Notes: generated by a model from the letters alone, not told the origin. Shown: positions 1-13,878, counted from the stretch's first letter. The stretch: DNA of 58,503 nucleotides from Octopus sinensis (GCF_006345805.1 NW_021833084.1:1-58503); one strand, 5' to 3'. Translations and numbers: made by a program.

Positions 1-44
1 ATCTATCTATCTATCCTCTGTGCTATGCAAATTATTCTTCTATT

Positions 45-196
45 ATTTTGCTTCTTTCAGTCATTTGACTGCGACCATGCTGGGGCACCGCCTTGACGAG
101 TTTTAGACGAACAAATCGACCCAGGACTTCTTTTCTTAAGCCTACTACTTATTCTATCGGTCACTTTTCCAGAGCCGCTAATTACGTAAATACACC

Positions 197-200
<4 letters not shown>
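45..200 (-). mobile_element. SINE family A, 3' half
   Basis: Reverse complement matches the 3' half of the + copies at 27360-27740 and 44821-45020 (gtttac..taacttagcggttc..accgatagaataagta..ggcggtgc..cagcatgg..cagtcaaatgactgaaa). Confidence 0.85.
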
Positions 201-237
<37 letters not shown>

Positions 238-251
238 TCACAGACAAACAC

Positions 252-282
<31 letters not shown>

Positions 283-384
283 CATATGTATATATCATAT
301 GCATATTTATGTATATATATATATGTATTATATATATATGTATGTATATATATATAAATGTGTGTGTGTTTGTTTAAGTGTGTG

Positions 385-572
385 TATGTTTGTGTCTGTG
401 TCTGTGCGCCCAGCCTCGTTTGACACCCGATGCTGGTGTGTTTACGACCCTGTAAATCAGCGGTTCGGCAGAAGGGACCGATAGAATACGTACTCCGACT
501 AAAGGCGGTACTCCAGCATCGCCGCAGTCAAATAAGTGAAATGGGTAAAAGAATAAAAGAGTATAGAGTATA
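385..572 (+). mobile_element. SINE family A, 3' half (internally deleted)
   Basis: gatgctggtgtgtttacg..agcggttcggc..accgatagaata..cgactaaaggcggtactccagcat..gcagtcaaat..taaaagaataaaagag. Confidence 0.85.
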
Positions 573-977
573 CGCGTCTCTATGAGGACCAGGTGCTCAA
601 TGATTACATTGCTTTTAATAATAAAGTGGTGGTGGGGCTGTCTTTTTAGAATGTTATCAAGATTTAGGTTAAGGTTCCATGCTTGACTCAATGGTGCGTT
701 GACTGCTACAAACATACTAACAAATCGTGACATTCTCTTCGTAAATCTACAGCTGAAGGCAGGTACACGAAAGACAGATGTGTCTGCCTGCCTGTTTGTC
801 TATGTATCTAGTCTGGCTGGTCGTTGTAAGAATATATATATATATATATAATATATATATATATATATGTATATTGCAAATGTATGATTGGGCAAGGTGA
901 AAATAATGTAGCCATGTAGACAACAGCTGACAGGTAGACAATTGTATAAATAGACAGATCGAAAGAGCAGTGAATGA

Positions 978-1011
<34 letters not shown>

Positions 1012-1239
1012 GCGCGCGCACGCACACACACATACACACACACAAACAATGAAATTTTAAAGTCGATATCCTATCAGGAAGATAGATTGACAGATAAAAG
1101 ATTATATATATATATTTATCATAAGAGAAATATATGCATCTATATATATATTACATATACATGTGTGTATGTATATTTAAGCATATATAATCATATGCAT
1201 ATATATGTATATATATATATATTTGATTTTGATTTTGAT

Positions 1240-1284
1240 TTTTTAGTTTCAGCTCATGAGCTGTGGCCATGCTGGGGCACCGCC
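1240..1284 (-). mobile_element. Isolated CR1-type LINE 3' terminus (about 40 bp plus A-tail)
   Basis: rc = ggcggtgccccagcatggccacagctcatgagctgaaactaaaaaa, nearly identical to the 3' end of the LINE at 1352-1401. Confidence 0.75.
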
Positions 1285-1290
1285 ATTTAT

Positions 1291-1324
<34 letters not shown>

Positions 1325-1351
1325 CATATATATATGTATATATATATATAA

Positions 1352-2111
1352 ATTTTTTTTTAAGTTTCAGCTCAGAGCTGCGGCCATGCTGATGCACCGC
1401 CGTTTTGCGCAACACTATTATTACTAGGGGCCTCCTCTAATATGTGTTACTTGATGAAGAATGGTGTTTGATATAGCTACCCTCATTTGCAACTCTTGCC
1501 GTGAGGTAGGCTCATCTGGGACTTTCGATAGGAAGACGTCTAGCTTTGATTTAAAAACCCCTACATCTACTTTGTGCAAGTTCCTCAGACTCTTTGGGAG
1601 AATATTAAAAAGCTGTGGGTCCTTGAAACCCAGGCTGTTGCAGTAACTGTTCCTGAAGCGTGATGGCATTGCTGGGATCCTTGGTACTATGCAGTGTCGT
1701 CCCGTTCTGGCATTGGTGTAGCTTTCAATGCCAAAATTTGGCACAATTCCTTCCAGGATCTTCTAGATGTATATTACTGCATACCTCTCCCGTCTTCTCT
1801 CCAGGGAGTAGAGTCTTAGCTGTTTCAACCTTTCCCAGTAGCTGAGCTGTTGCAAAGAGACGGTCTTCTTTGTGAATCTTCTCTGGATTGCTTCAAGGTC
1901 CGCTGTTAATCTCACACTGGTGGGTGACCATAGCTGTGAGCAGTAATCCAGGCGGCTGAGGACGCATGTCCGCCAGAGGACCATCATAATTTCCTTATCT
2001 CTGGTTCTGAATGTTCTTAGGATCCATCCATCCAGTCGTCTGCACATTGTCGCCATCCTGGTAATGTGCACTTGGAAAGAGGTATCACCACTCATGTCGA
2101 TACCCAGGTCG

Positions 2112-2112
<1 letters not shown>
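1352..2112 (-). mobile_element. 5'-truncated CR1-clade LINE: C-terminal part of ORF2 plus 3' UTR and A-tail
   Basis: ORFs 1763..2095 and 1424..1744 are one frame broken by a TAG at 1763-1765 (AVIYI*KILEG). Motifs DLGIDMS, LDYCSQLWSP, LEAIQRRFTK, LSYWERLKQLRLYSLERRRER and FKSKLDVFLSKVPDEP are typical of the post-RT region of CR1/L2-group ORF2. Confidence 0.85.
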
Positions 2113-2152
<40 letters not shown>

Positions 2153-2317
2153 ATATATATATATAAGATATATATATATTATATATATATATAATATATA
2201 TATACACATATGTATATAATATATGTATAAAAGTATGTATGTGTGTATGTATATGCGTATGTGCATATGTCTATTATATATCTGCATGAATATCTACATT
2301 TATCCGTAATATATATA

Positions 2318-2359
<42 letters not shown>

Positions 2360-3329
2360 ATATATATATATAGTGACTCAAGGGTTAGATAAACATACAT
2401 AATTGATAAATGGCGAAACGAGCAGAAACAGTTGGCAGTTCAAGTGCAGAATTATGAATTCTTGAATTACAATAGATTCTTCAATCTGTGAAAGTCAACA
2501 TCAACAAGCAGAGAGCATTACAACAATGTAGTAGAAGCAACAACAACAACAAAAACTGTTGATACAACTATAGTGACAGCTTGTATGTAGAAAAAACACG
2601 AAGTGAGACGTAGCTTAAAACATGTTAACGGCGTATTGGACGGGTGGGATTCCAGGGTGGTGAAGAGGCGTAGTACTAAAGAAACAAAGAGAAAAAGGAA
2701 TTTCACATTCTTCAGAATGGGAAAAACAAGCAAAGGGCCCAGCTGGAGTACTGAAGAAAAACGAAAAATATGAATAGCAACTGTAGAACATAGATAAAAG
2801 CATGGTAATGGCGTCTCCATTTTACATAGAAAATACTAGTGTGTAGCTATACACTTGCTCTCATGCATACACACACACACACACGACCACGTTTGTAACT
2901 GTGTGAGTGTGTATATATATATTTGTTGTATAATGGGTGGGAGTAATTTTCGCCAATATAAACACACGCACTGGTTCTCCTTCGATCAATGAATCTGATC
3001 TGAATCCTTTCGTTGTCATTTACGGTCATAGCAATGACATATCTTTGGTACTAATGATCTAGCTCGTTGTTGCGTGAGAGACTGAGGTTTCTGACATGGT
3101 AACGACGTTCTATAGATTGTTGTATGCTAAGAAAACTGGGTTTAGATGAATGGTCTTGTAAAAACCGGTAGATGAGAGTTAGTAATGAATCTTAGCGTGC
3201 GTGTATGTATCTTTCTGGACATCGCTCTCAGCACTTTCTATTATATTATAATTCTATAGGCTATAAAAGAGGTGTTTAAGACTGGTTGTTGGTGGGAAGC
3301 ATTGAATGCGGATTAGCTAATTTTCATAG

Positions 3330-3930
3330 TTGAATCTGTCGAAAAATTACAGAAGAAATTCCCGAATACAGGCGAAGCTAGGATCTGAAAGTCCCAAAAG
3401 GAAATGTCTCAGTAAATACAAGGAGATTGTCTCCCCGAATGAAGGGCATGTTATATAATGCATGTTTAGAAGGTGCGAAAATTGTTGCAGTAAAATATGG
3501 GCATTGAATACTGAGGCTGTGCATAGGTTGTAATGAAATAAAACATGCTCCAGTGGGTGTGTTAATTGTATGGCCTACGCAGCAAAACTAAACTGGGAGA
3601 AAAACCAAGAAGAATCAAATGTAATGTGCAAGAGAGAAAAAAAATACCGCGCTAGTGCGGACATGTGATGCGCATGGAATATGGCAGTCAAAAGGTATAG
3701 AAGTATCGTGGGAACAGATCAGGAAGACCAAAGGAAACATGAGAAGAAATAACGAAACCCGACCTCTGGATGCCGAGCCCCACAAAGATGAAAAGCGACT
3801 ACAAGAAGTGACCCGAAGGTGTGATGGAGAGCAAAGGTCCGACTCGTGCTAGTACAAGAAACAAACCTAAAACGATAACGATGATGATGATGATGATGAT
3901 GATAATGATGCAGATGCTGATAATGATGAT
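3330..3930 (+). mobile_element. Heavily decayed RTE-clade LINE 3' end with (GAT)n tail
   Basis: Piecewise translation gives LSPRMKGMLYNAC, GHVMRME, and GRPKET*EEITKPDLW. These resemble the RTE ORF C-terminus (R/KGRLY.AC, GHV.RM, GRP.KTW). Ends in gatgatgat. Confidence 0.6.
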
Positions 3931-4073
3931 GGTTTACAAGAACAAACTGTTTTAATAGTTACGTTAAGTGCTTACAGCGTTTTAACTTTTAAGTGAACTT
4001 CATTCAGAGCTCAAACAATCGAAGTTAACATGAGGGTGTAAATGTGTATGTGTGCATGTATGTGGGTATATAC

Positions 4074-4131
4074 GTTCCAACCCATGCTAGCATGGAAAAC
4101 GGATGTTAAACGATGATGATGATAATGATGA
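4074..4131 (+). mobile_element. RTE-type 3' terminus fragment
   Basis: gttccaacccatgctagcatggaaaacggatgttaaacgatgatgat is a better-preserved version of the 3' end seen at 3838-3900. Confidence 0.6.
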
Positions 4132-4152
4132 TTCCATTTTGATAGAAGTTTT

Positions 4153-4275
4153 GTTACCTCTCTGGTTCCAATAGTTTCCTGCTGACAGAGATCAACATTT
4201 TTCAACTAGAATACGAAAATATTTGAAACATGTTGATTTCTGTCAACAGGAAACAATTAGCACTAGAAAAGTAAC
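4153..4275. repeat. Imperfect inverted repeat, 53-bp arms (44/53 identical), 17-nt spacer
   Basis: Arm 4153-4205 versus rc of 4223-4275, aligned by hand without gaps: 9 mismatches. Confidence 0.9.
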
Positions 4276-4418
4276 TCTGTGTGTGTGCGTGCGTGCACCC
4301 ACATATATGCTTGTAGTCAAAGATGTTCGTATTATAATATAAACAACAACAGTAACAGCACTAACATCAATAACAGCCCAAGCAAACGTGGGACTTTGTC
4401 CGCAGTCAGTCTGTCTGC

Positions 4419-4578
4419 TTGAAATAGCAGCAAAATCTCCCTTAAGTCATACTCTGTAATCTTAAAAAGAGCAGCAAGATTACAAAATATGAAACTAGGC
4501 GGGATGATCACGACTGAAATATCTTTGATTATAGGTTGGTACAATGGGAACTGACCTGGAGTTAAACAACAAAAACAT
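4419..4578 (+). mobile_element. SINE-like family B, decayed
   Basis: gaaatagcagcaaaatctccc..cttaaaaa..ggatgatcacgactgaaat..tttgattatagg..tgacctggagttaaacaacaa. The same skeleton recurs many times in the window. Confidence 0.65.
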
Positions 4579-5132
4579 TGCTATGATGTTGTAGAATATG
4601 CACCTACCAAAACCACCACCACCACCACCACCTCCACCACCATCGCCACCACCACTACCATCACCGCCACCACTACCACCACCGCCACCATATGTGTTAA
4701 TAACAACAGAAAATGTGCTGAGACTTGCTTACTGCTGCTATTCTACCTTGAAATGCTCTGATAAGACCAAGACTGACAAATATGTCTCAGCCTTTTACTC
4801 TTACCCCCAATTCCTCCCACTCTCTCCCTTTCTCTATTACTCCATATTTCCCTTCTTCCTCTGTCATGTTGCTCTCGCCCTTGCACCCCACTTAACTCTC
4901 TTTCCTAAACTATTAGCTTCCTTTCTCACTCTCTCATCTCCCACATACCCGTTCCCTATTACTCTCGTTCTTTCCTTTTCTCTGTGTGTGTTTTTTTCCT
5001 CCTCGTTCAAACGCATTTCCACGTGCTCCCCGTCAAGTGCATACACAAATGATATATCAGTGTATTGCACGTTGCATTCGTTTGTCATTATTAAGGTGTA
5101 GATGAGTAAAGAATTAATGTAGGTCAAAGATA

Positions 5133-5190
<58 letters not shown>

Positions 5191-5397
5191 TAATTACAAG
5201 GATGGTAAGCAACAGTGATAAAACTTACAAACATACACATAAGCACCCTTACACATAGAGACGCACACCTACAGACGCAAAGATGAACAACAAAAACTTC
5301 ACCAATTCCATAGAGATATTTAGATTGGCTTACTGCCCAAATAGTTCTGATAGTTGTAGAGTTGGCTGTGGGTGTGAGGGCTTATTCACTAGAAGCG

Positions 5398-5442
<45 letters not shown>

Positions 5443-5446
5443 AAGA

Positions 5447-5486
<40 letters not shown>

Positions 5487-5643
5487 CAGCAAAAGAAAGA
5501 CAAACAAGAAGAAAGATAGAGAGAAAACAGAGAGAAGGGGGAAGCTAGAGATGGATTGGCGGAGAGGGGAGGTGGGGAGAAAGAGGTAGCGAAAGAAAGA
5601 TTAGCCAGAAGTGAGAATGACAAAAAAAAAGGTAAAGAGGTAA

Positions 5644-5682
<39 letters not shown>

Positions 5683-5821
5683 GAGAGAGAGAGAGAGAGA
5701 GAGTAACAAAAATTCTCGTTGGTTGCTCAATGACTAAACCATGAATATTATTCGCAAGAAAATTTTTCTACATAAACACTTTTTTGTGTTTTATGTTGTA
5801 GAATAAATCCAGAAATAATAG

Positions 5822-6015
5822 TTTCAAATTTTGGCACAAGGTCAGCTACTCGGAAGGAGATGAGGGTTTGTCAATTGTATCGACTCCAGTAGTGGACTGG
5901 TACTTATTATTTCGATCCCGGAAGCTAAATTTGACACTAGCGAACTAGAAATCAGAACGTACAGAGTATGTACAAAGATTGCAAAGCATTATCAGCCGCA
6001 CAAGCTATTCTGTAA
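5822..6015 (-). mobile_element. tRNA-derived SINE family C, decayed
   Basis: tttcaaattttggcacaagg..cgactccagt..actggtactta..cgatcccgga..cagaacgta matches the - copies at 17759-18927. Confidence 0.6.
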
Positions 6016-6392
6016 ATCAATCGCTCGAATAATAATATTAATAATAATGATGATAATAATGATGATGATAATAATAATAATAATAATAATAATCTTGATG
6101 ATGATAATGGTGGTTTGTTTTATTTGCAAAAAGGTCAATGGGGGAAGGGAATTAACTGAGACAAAGAACAAAACTGGTGGTGGCTACGCATTAACATAGA
6201 ATGGATTATGCAAAACAGACTTGGAAAACACAGACCTAAAACATTGCAAAAGGGAGATAGTCATCTAGGGGCCGATCAAAGAGACCCACAGATCCATAAT
6301 AATCCTAACTACTCCCTCTCTAGCTCGTTGTTGTTCTTGTTATTTTTGTTGTTATTGCCTTTGCTATTGCTGCAGTTGCTGCTGCTGTTTAC

Positions 6393-6472
<80 letters not shown>

Positions 6473-6724
6473 CGTGTGTGCACATGTGCGTGTGAATGTG
6501 TAATAGTTTATGAGTTCATCTAGCACCAAGACAATCTTTGGGTTCAATTAAGATTCTTGGATGCAAGCATTCCACGTTTCTGAAAATTCCAATGTTTCCA
6601 AGTGTTTCTTTGTGTTTGGATGCTGTGGTGGCGGTGTTGTTGTTGGCGGTGGAGGTATAATTTTGGTGTTGTTGGGTGGTGCCGCTTATACATGGTAAAG
6701 AACATTAGTGCTGTCACTGGATCA

Positions 6725-6855
6725 GCAAGAAATAACGGCTAAATCGTCATGTCCTAATGTCTAAAATATGTAAAAATGCCACACTGATTGAAAGAGACAG
6801 GATGGTCAGCACTGGAACGCTTTAATAATAGAATTGCTCGATCAGACTCGACTTA
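6725..6855 (+). mobile_element. SINE-like family B, decayed
   Basis: agaaataacggctaaatc..ggatggtcagcactggaacgcttt..gctcgatcagactcgac. Confidence 0.55.
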
Positions 6856-8404
6856 TACAGCAGCAGCAACATTAACACAAACAACAACGGCAGCAATAAT
6901 AGAAGTAACATTAACAGCAATCAACAACGGCATCAGCGCCACCAAGAGTAACGTCAGCAACAACAACAATAATGGCAACATCAACTGGTTAGTACATTAT
7001 AGGTTATTTGAAAAGTATGACGTGTTTGGATTTTAATTTAGGAATGGAATCTTTAACTAATCAATTAATCAAAAACTGAAGACTTGATAATACTATACAA
7101 CACACACACACATATACATGTATACCACATATACACGCAGTACAGAGCCTAATAAACCGATTTCAATAACCAACTTAGTCTGTAACACTGAACGTTTCAC
7201 AGACACTACTGCTATAAGACGCTCCTGTTTTGAAGATCCTGCCGTTTTGTATATTCCCAGACTACGAAAATATCTCTCCCATTTAGACACTACAGAGTAC
7301 GATTTGAGATAAATTGGTTGCTACATTTAGTAAATGGAACCACCAGAGAGAGAGAGAGAGAGAGATTCCTTCATTTACTGAGCGTGTGTGCCTTTCGTGT
7401 TTCAAATGTTTGCGTTCATCAGTAGAGGCGAGTGAGTAACTAAGACTAGATCTTGCTGAGTATTTGCTGACGTAACTGCATTAACATAAGGGTGTGTATT
7501 ACTAAAAGGGATTATTAATACTACAGTGATTAAAGATCAAGACTCACCACACCCAAAATAAAGTTTAAAAACAAACAAAAAGAATGAAATCCCCCATCCT
7601 CACCCAACCCACTACCCCAATCCTCAAACAAATAAACAAAAAATCTACAACGTAAATTATCAAAAATCAACGACAAAAAGTCAAAGAAAACATTATCTAA
7701 GAGGGAGGTGGGATGGGTGGGTAATTTCTCATAAATCTTCATTATGTTTGAAAAATATCAAGTAGAAAACATGACTTTTAATTCCACACACATACATACC
7801 GTCGCACATACACAAATAGATGTATGTATATGAACATGTATGTATAAGTCAGCGATGCTTCCATATAAGTATACATAGCACATATGTCTAACATTAATTA
7901 ACATTTTGGGAGAATGGCCAACAGTAGAAAGCTTTTCACAGCAAGATAACACTGAGAGTAAGCTTTTATTATTATTATTGTTGTTGTTGTTGTTGTTGTT
8001 ATTATTATTATTATTTTGTTAGGAGGCAAGACTGCTGCTACTTTCATCACATTTCGAACTGATGACCTTTGATTCAATATATTTAGTTACATCAAGAGGG
8101 TTAAATTCGTTTGTCAGTGCGGTTCGGATTTATGCATAAACTAGATCTCGAGGGCTGGAGATGGACAATTATCCCTAAAAATCCGATTCGTAATGTAGAC
8201 TGAATTAAATTGCTAAAGGGCTCCATATAAGTTATAAAAAGTTTATTAACAAAACTGAAAGAGAAGAATATGAAATGTTAGCAAAGATTATACGTAGAGC
8301 TTTGTTGGGAAAAAAATCTCACTCACATAGTATATATCTGAAAGAGAAAATAGATAGCTCGACAGGTAGATAGATAGATATCGATAGAATAAATACAATG
8401 GTAT

Positions 8405-8545
8405 GTGTGTGTGTGTAAACAAATAATGTTAGTACCAGGCTTTAAAAAACTAAGTACAGGAGTCGATTTGCTCGACTAAAAGTTTTGAAGGCAGTGCCCT
8501 AGCATGGCCACAGTTAAATAACTAAAACAAATAAAAGATAAAAGA
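8405..8545 (+). mobile_element. SINE family A, 3' end
   Basis: agtaccaggcttt..gtcgatttgctcgactaa..ggcagtgccctagcatggccacagttaaataactaaaacaaataaaagataaaag. Confidence 0.75.
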
Positions 8546-8639
8546 TATATACAGTCCTGTTAAGTAAGAGTCCTTTGAGTGAGAACAGAGATAGAAATTG
8601 TCTAAATGAATGCATACAGTTTTTGAGAAGACCAATGCC

Positions 8640-8751
8640 TGATAGAAAGCTTGCACTGTTTCAGTTGCAAGAACTTGTGTTTCCTTGGGTAAGTGTCTTC
8701 TACAATAGCCCCGGGCGTTGTATTTGTTAGACAGAAACTGAAAGAAGTCCG

Positions 8752-8817
<66 letters not shown>

Positions 8818-8826
8818 ATATATATA

Positions 8827-8874
<48 letters not shown>

Positions 8875-9100
8875 CTTTGTGCTTATGATTGTTCCCCCAA
8901 CACCGCTTGACAATCTTTGTAGGTGCGTTCACGCATCCGTGAATTAGCGGTTCGGCAAAGAGACCGATAGAATATGGTACCAGGCTCAAAAACAAGTACA
9001 GGTACCGATTCTTTCGACAAAAAAAAAAAAAAAAGAACAGTCAAGCCGGCGCCCGAACATGGCTGCAGTCCAATAACTGAAATAAGTAAAAGATAAAAAG
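8640..9100 (+). mobile_element. SINE family A, near full length, with expanded internal (TA)n(TG)n
   Basis: 5' half (ccttgggtaagtgtcttctac..agacagaaactgaaagaagtccg), then a microsatellite at 8755-8870, then the 3' half ending taagtaaaagataaaaag. Confidence 0.8.
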
Positions 9101-11534
9101 TATCATTTGAATACATTCGGATAAATTGTTGCGGAAATCTGAAAGAAAACAAAATTTCCGTTTTGTTCCTAATGAAAGGTCAGTACCATGACATTATAGC
9201 TTTACTAAGTTAAGAGATTTGATGTCACATTGGAGTAGTGATTAGTACAATAGAAGCGACGTTCGGATCCTGCACACAAAGTTATGAGTATTTTTCCCCT
9301 GTAATGTGTGCATGTCTGTAATATATGTATGTCTCCAGATAATTAGATTATTTTTCCTTAATGGCATGTCAGCTTTGGTTATCTCCCCATCTCATTTGAA
9401 GATGGTTGTAGCTGCTACCAAGCGATTGGTCTACCTGCTTTGGAAGCGCAGAAAATTTCAATAAATGAACAAGTTTAGGCTGCATACTATTTGATACACC
9501 CATATTTGCCTTTGTGTGAGTGTGTGTGTGCGTGTGTGCGTATGTGTGTGCGTGCGTGCGTGTGTGTGTTTATGGGAAAATACATATATACTTACACGTG
9601 CATACACTCACACACTCTCACATATATAATTGGCTTCCATATAATTTTCGTCGACCAAATCCGTTGTCTCGATGCAAAATTACGTTAGAAAACATTTGCT
9701 CAAGGTGGGAAGCTGGAGCAAAGAGACTGAAAAGTGAACTATGTTATAAATATTCTCTCGTAAACTTAAAATAAACATTTCTGGTCGTCTTGAAATTCTC
9801 AGCTTCCTTAGTTTAGCGTCCAAAGACACGATGGTAAAAAAAATGATACTGAAAGTATTTGGCATGCATTTACTGCACTTAATGCACTTCTCGGCTAATT
9901 TAAGCGCATAATAAATATCTTTGAGAAATTCTTTTAGATTATGGTTTCATGTTGGGTTTAGTCTAATTATTTTCCCTGTCGTATATATATTTCTATTCCT
10001 TTTCAAACAGAAAAAATATCTGAGCCCCACAGCACATTTGCAGCATTAAAATTCACACCCAATTTTGAGCAAACAAAGAGAATGTGTCCCCACGCCCATA
10101 AATGACTGGTCCCAGTGTTCAATTTCATTAGATAACATAGAATATAACTTTTAATTATAACAAGTAATAATTAAACTAAATTATTTGCACAGATTCGAAA
10201 ATGTGTCTTAAAATTACAGAGAAAGAAAAAGCAATGAAATATACTCGGCTCTACTGTAAGATCATTCCTAGAACTAATAATGTAATTGATTTAACACACT
10301 TTAATTAATTAAAACTAGAAAGAAAAAAACATCTTTAATCGTTTAGCTTTATTATAACTAATTAAGATGAAGAAAAAAAACTTTCATCAGTGGCATAAAT
10401 TCAAAATGATACTTCATTAATACATCGTGTGAAGTTATGTCGTATATTAAGAGATTTACATACATCGTTATGTATATGTGAGACATATTTGTTATATATT
10501 AAGATATTTAATACATCATCATATATATGTGGAACATAGAAATGTCATATACTAAGGTCATTAAATACATCACCTGAAGTTATACATTAAAGTAAACTCA
10601 TTAGACAAAGATTGACATCTTCAGAACACAAATCATAGACATGGTCCGTCAAAAGTGCATTTTCTCGTCTCTTCTGTACGTTTCGCTTCTTGAGCCATTA
10701 CTATGTAAATTAGAGCTGTTGATTGGCATTGTGTTTAAACTGAGACGAGTGGCGGGGGGGGGGGGGGTGAGGGCTTTGGCAGCATAATCAAGCAGCATTA
10801 ATGATAGCGACGGACTACTGAGTGTAGTAACGGATCAGGTGGTGGTTATGAGGTGGTAACAAGACAAGTTAGTGGGTTTGTAGTTCGGAACCGAGAAACG
10901 CATTCTTTCCTTGTTTTGTCAAAACGCTTGAGTTCATTTCGGATCTGATGCCCAGGTGTATAGAAATTGGGACAAGGTTTCGAGCAAGGTGACTAGCCTT
11001 TATCAGAAATGAACTGCGAGAAGAATCTCTCTGAAAGGGCAATCAGAGTTGACGAAACCCATGTAGTGCCTTTATAATTTCTTACTGCCTGCTCCAAATT
11101 TTTGTGAACAAAGGACACATTCTACTGTTGTTATCATCTGCTCAGATAGCTTGGTATACTGAGTCGCACAAAGATTGTGGCAACTGCGGATGCGGTTGCC
11201 GTTTGTTAGGCATGTCTTTCTGAAACTAAACTCTTCGACAGAGCTACAGATCAAGCTCAAGCAAAGATCAGGATCGAGCACCTGACACCTTAAACGTTGT
11301 TAGGCTCTCACAGTTCTATAGCAGCCAGGAATTCAGTCGATGATACGTTAACCTTAGTATTCTGCAGAATATTAGCGGGAAGAAGAGCAACAATGTACTC
11401 GGGGAAATCTCTGCAAGACGACGAAGTTCAACTGAGAGGGTATTCCTATGTACATACAACATATATTACCTGCTTGTATTAAGTTCTTTGTCTTAAAATT
11501 GTGATTCTCTGATCTTTGTGTGTGTGTATGTATA

Positions 11535-11608
<74 letters not shown>

Positions 11609-12369
11609 TGGGTTACACCACATGCTTTTTTCCAATTTATTCTCTCACACTCTCAATCTTCCTCTTTCTCTTTCTCTTCACCACCTTACACCCAGATGAG
11701 AAACGTCAGTTGATGTGACAGGAGTTTGTTTATTTAAGCTAGCAACTGATGTATTCTGCCACCGGCACCGGCATCACCATCAGCAGCAGCAGCACCACCA
11801 CCACCACCACACATGATAACACCACCTCTCTCGTTGTTGTTATCCACTGCCTCCACCATCACGCACCACACTATCTCATTCCATCCTTTTGTACTTTAAC
11901 ACATTTTTTACCATTACTGGCCATTTATTAACTGCCCTTTGTACACACCCCGCCAGCCACTTCAATGTGTCATTTAATCCATTCGTACTCAGGTAATAAA
12001 TATACAAATGACCCCGGTTCCAACAATCACTAATAACACAACAGCCACCAATAGCCCCACCACCACCACCACCAACTACCACATATTCTTCGCCAACCAC
12101 AACTGCAACACCTCACGACCATTGTTTCGGGCACACTCACATACACATACTCAAGCATACACACATATACACGCACATATATATCGACATATTCACTGAA
12201 ACATTGCAAAAGTTCATGCACAGATACATCTATCCCACTCCATTCCACTCTCTCTGTTTCTTTCTGACTGTCTCTTTCTCACGCACTGGATCCTGATGAC
12301 TTGCACATAAAGAAGACATTTCTTCATTTTCTTATACATACAGTTTATGAAACACACACACACACACAC

Positions 12370-12438
<69 letters not shown>

Positions 12439-13780
12439 TCACACATATAGATACATGTACACACAAACCTACGTATATATGCATTCATTCCTTCATGTTT
12501 ATACGCATCGTTTCGACAACATAGACACTCATACGCACGTAATGCACATGTATTTATCAAAACGAGAAAGACTCATTCATTGCGATAAACATGAACAAGT
12601 GCACGCGCGTGGACGCCATTTGAAGACACACAATACTATCACGGAAGATAGTGGACAAGTGATTACATGTTCAACAGTTGAGGTGTTATTATAAAGGCAA
12701 GTTGGTGAACCGTTGTTCGCTGTATAATAACCTGGCCTCTCCTCATCTATTCAAGGTACAGAATTTGACGCTGACATCATGTTCAGGTGTTGCAGAAATA
12801 GGAGTTAATCAAGTTGTACACATGGTGGATTTTGTGTGAAATGGAAAGAGGGTAATATTATTTCTGGGAAATATTCGCACTACAAGATCTACTTTACATG
12901 TAAATGAAACAAGTCAGCCATGCTATATGCCCTAGCATGTTCAGTGTAGACGTAATAACTTAAGAATACAAGTGTCTGTGGAATACTCGACCACTTAGGA
13001 CGTCTACTGCCATGATGATGAGCATTTACTTGCTCTACCAAGTGAATTCCTACTCGTGAAATTGACGTGTGTCAATGTTTGGCAGACACTTGTACTTTTT
13101 AGGCAATGTTCAGGCCGGATCTGCGTAGTACAATGAGGCAGAACTAGAACTTTGAATTACGAGTATAATTCAGAGAGAGAGAGAGAGAGAGATGGAGAGA
13201 GAGAGAAAGAGAGAAAAGGAGACAGAAAAATCGACTCCCTTAGACTGGTGTTCCGTAAAGGTGGGGGGAAAATGACTGTCTTCAGTGGGATTTGAGCTTC
13301 AGGGAATGTTGCAGATTAAATACCGGAAGTCATTCTGCTAAACGTTGTCGCGCTTCTGCCATTTTGTCGCCTTCCCCAATAATACAGGATGATCTGTACC
13401 AGCAATGCAAACGAATCGGTCTTGTCACAGACAGTCAAATGTTTAGTCTATCGATAATAGTTTAAGGATTTATGTGTTTTGGAATTCTCAAATGCTTCCA
13501 CAACTGTACATAATGGTTTGTACCGATCCAGTCATATCTCAGAGTGATTCTAGCTGAGGATTTACAATAAGAGTTCTCATGTTCCTGATGCTCTTATTTT
13601 AAGAGTATACACGAAGGTGACATGAGAGCAGACGTGTGTGTATGTATTACAAATTTGTGCATGTATATATGTCTTCAATATTACTCTATGCTTTCACTTT
13701 GTCGTTCAGTTCTATCTTTGCATACAAGTAAATACGGATATATGTTTGTGTATGTATATGTATGTGAGGTTCTTTCAATC

Positions 13781-13878
<98 letters not shown>

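Noticed and set aside
2590-2830. Lys/Arg-rich reading possibly from an RTE C-terminus
   Set aside because: No diagnostic motif is retained. Left unclassified.
7385-7425. CTGATGA..GAAAC on the - strand
   Set aside because: No stem II pairing and no GUH with matching stem I.
10417-10590. Degenerate 40-55-bp tandem units (atacatc..tatattaag) as a CRISPR-like array; also the ~20-bp units at 48050-48125
   Set aside because: Eukaryotic context, variable degenerate units, no constant repeat with unique spacers. Ordinary minisatellites.
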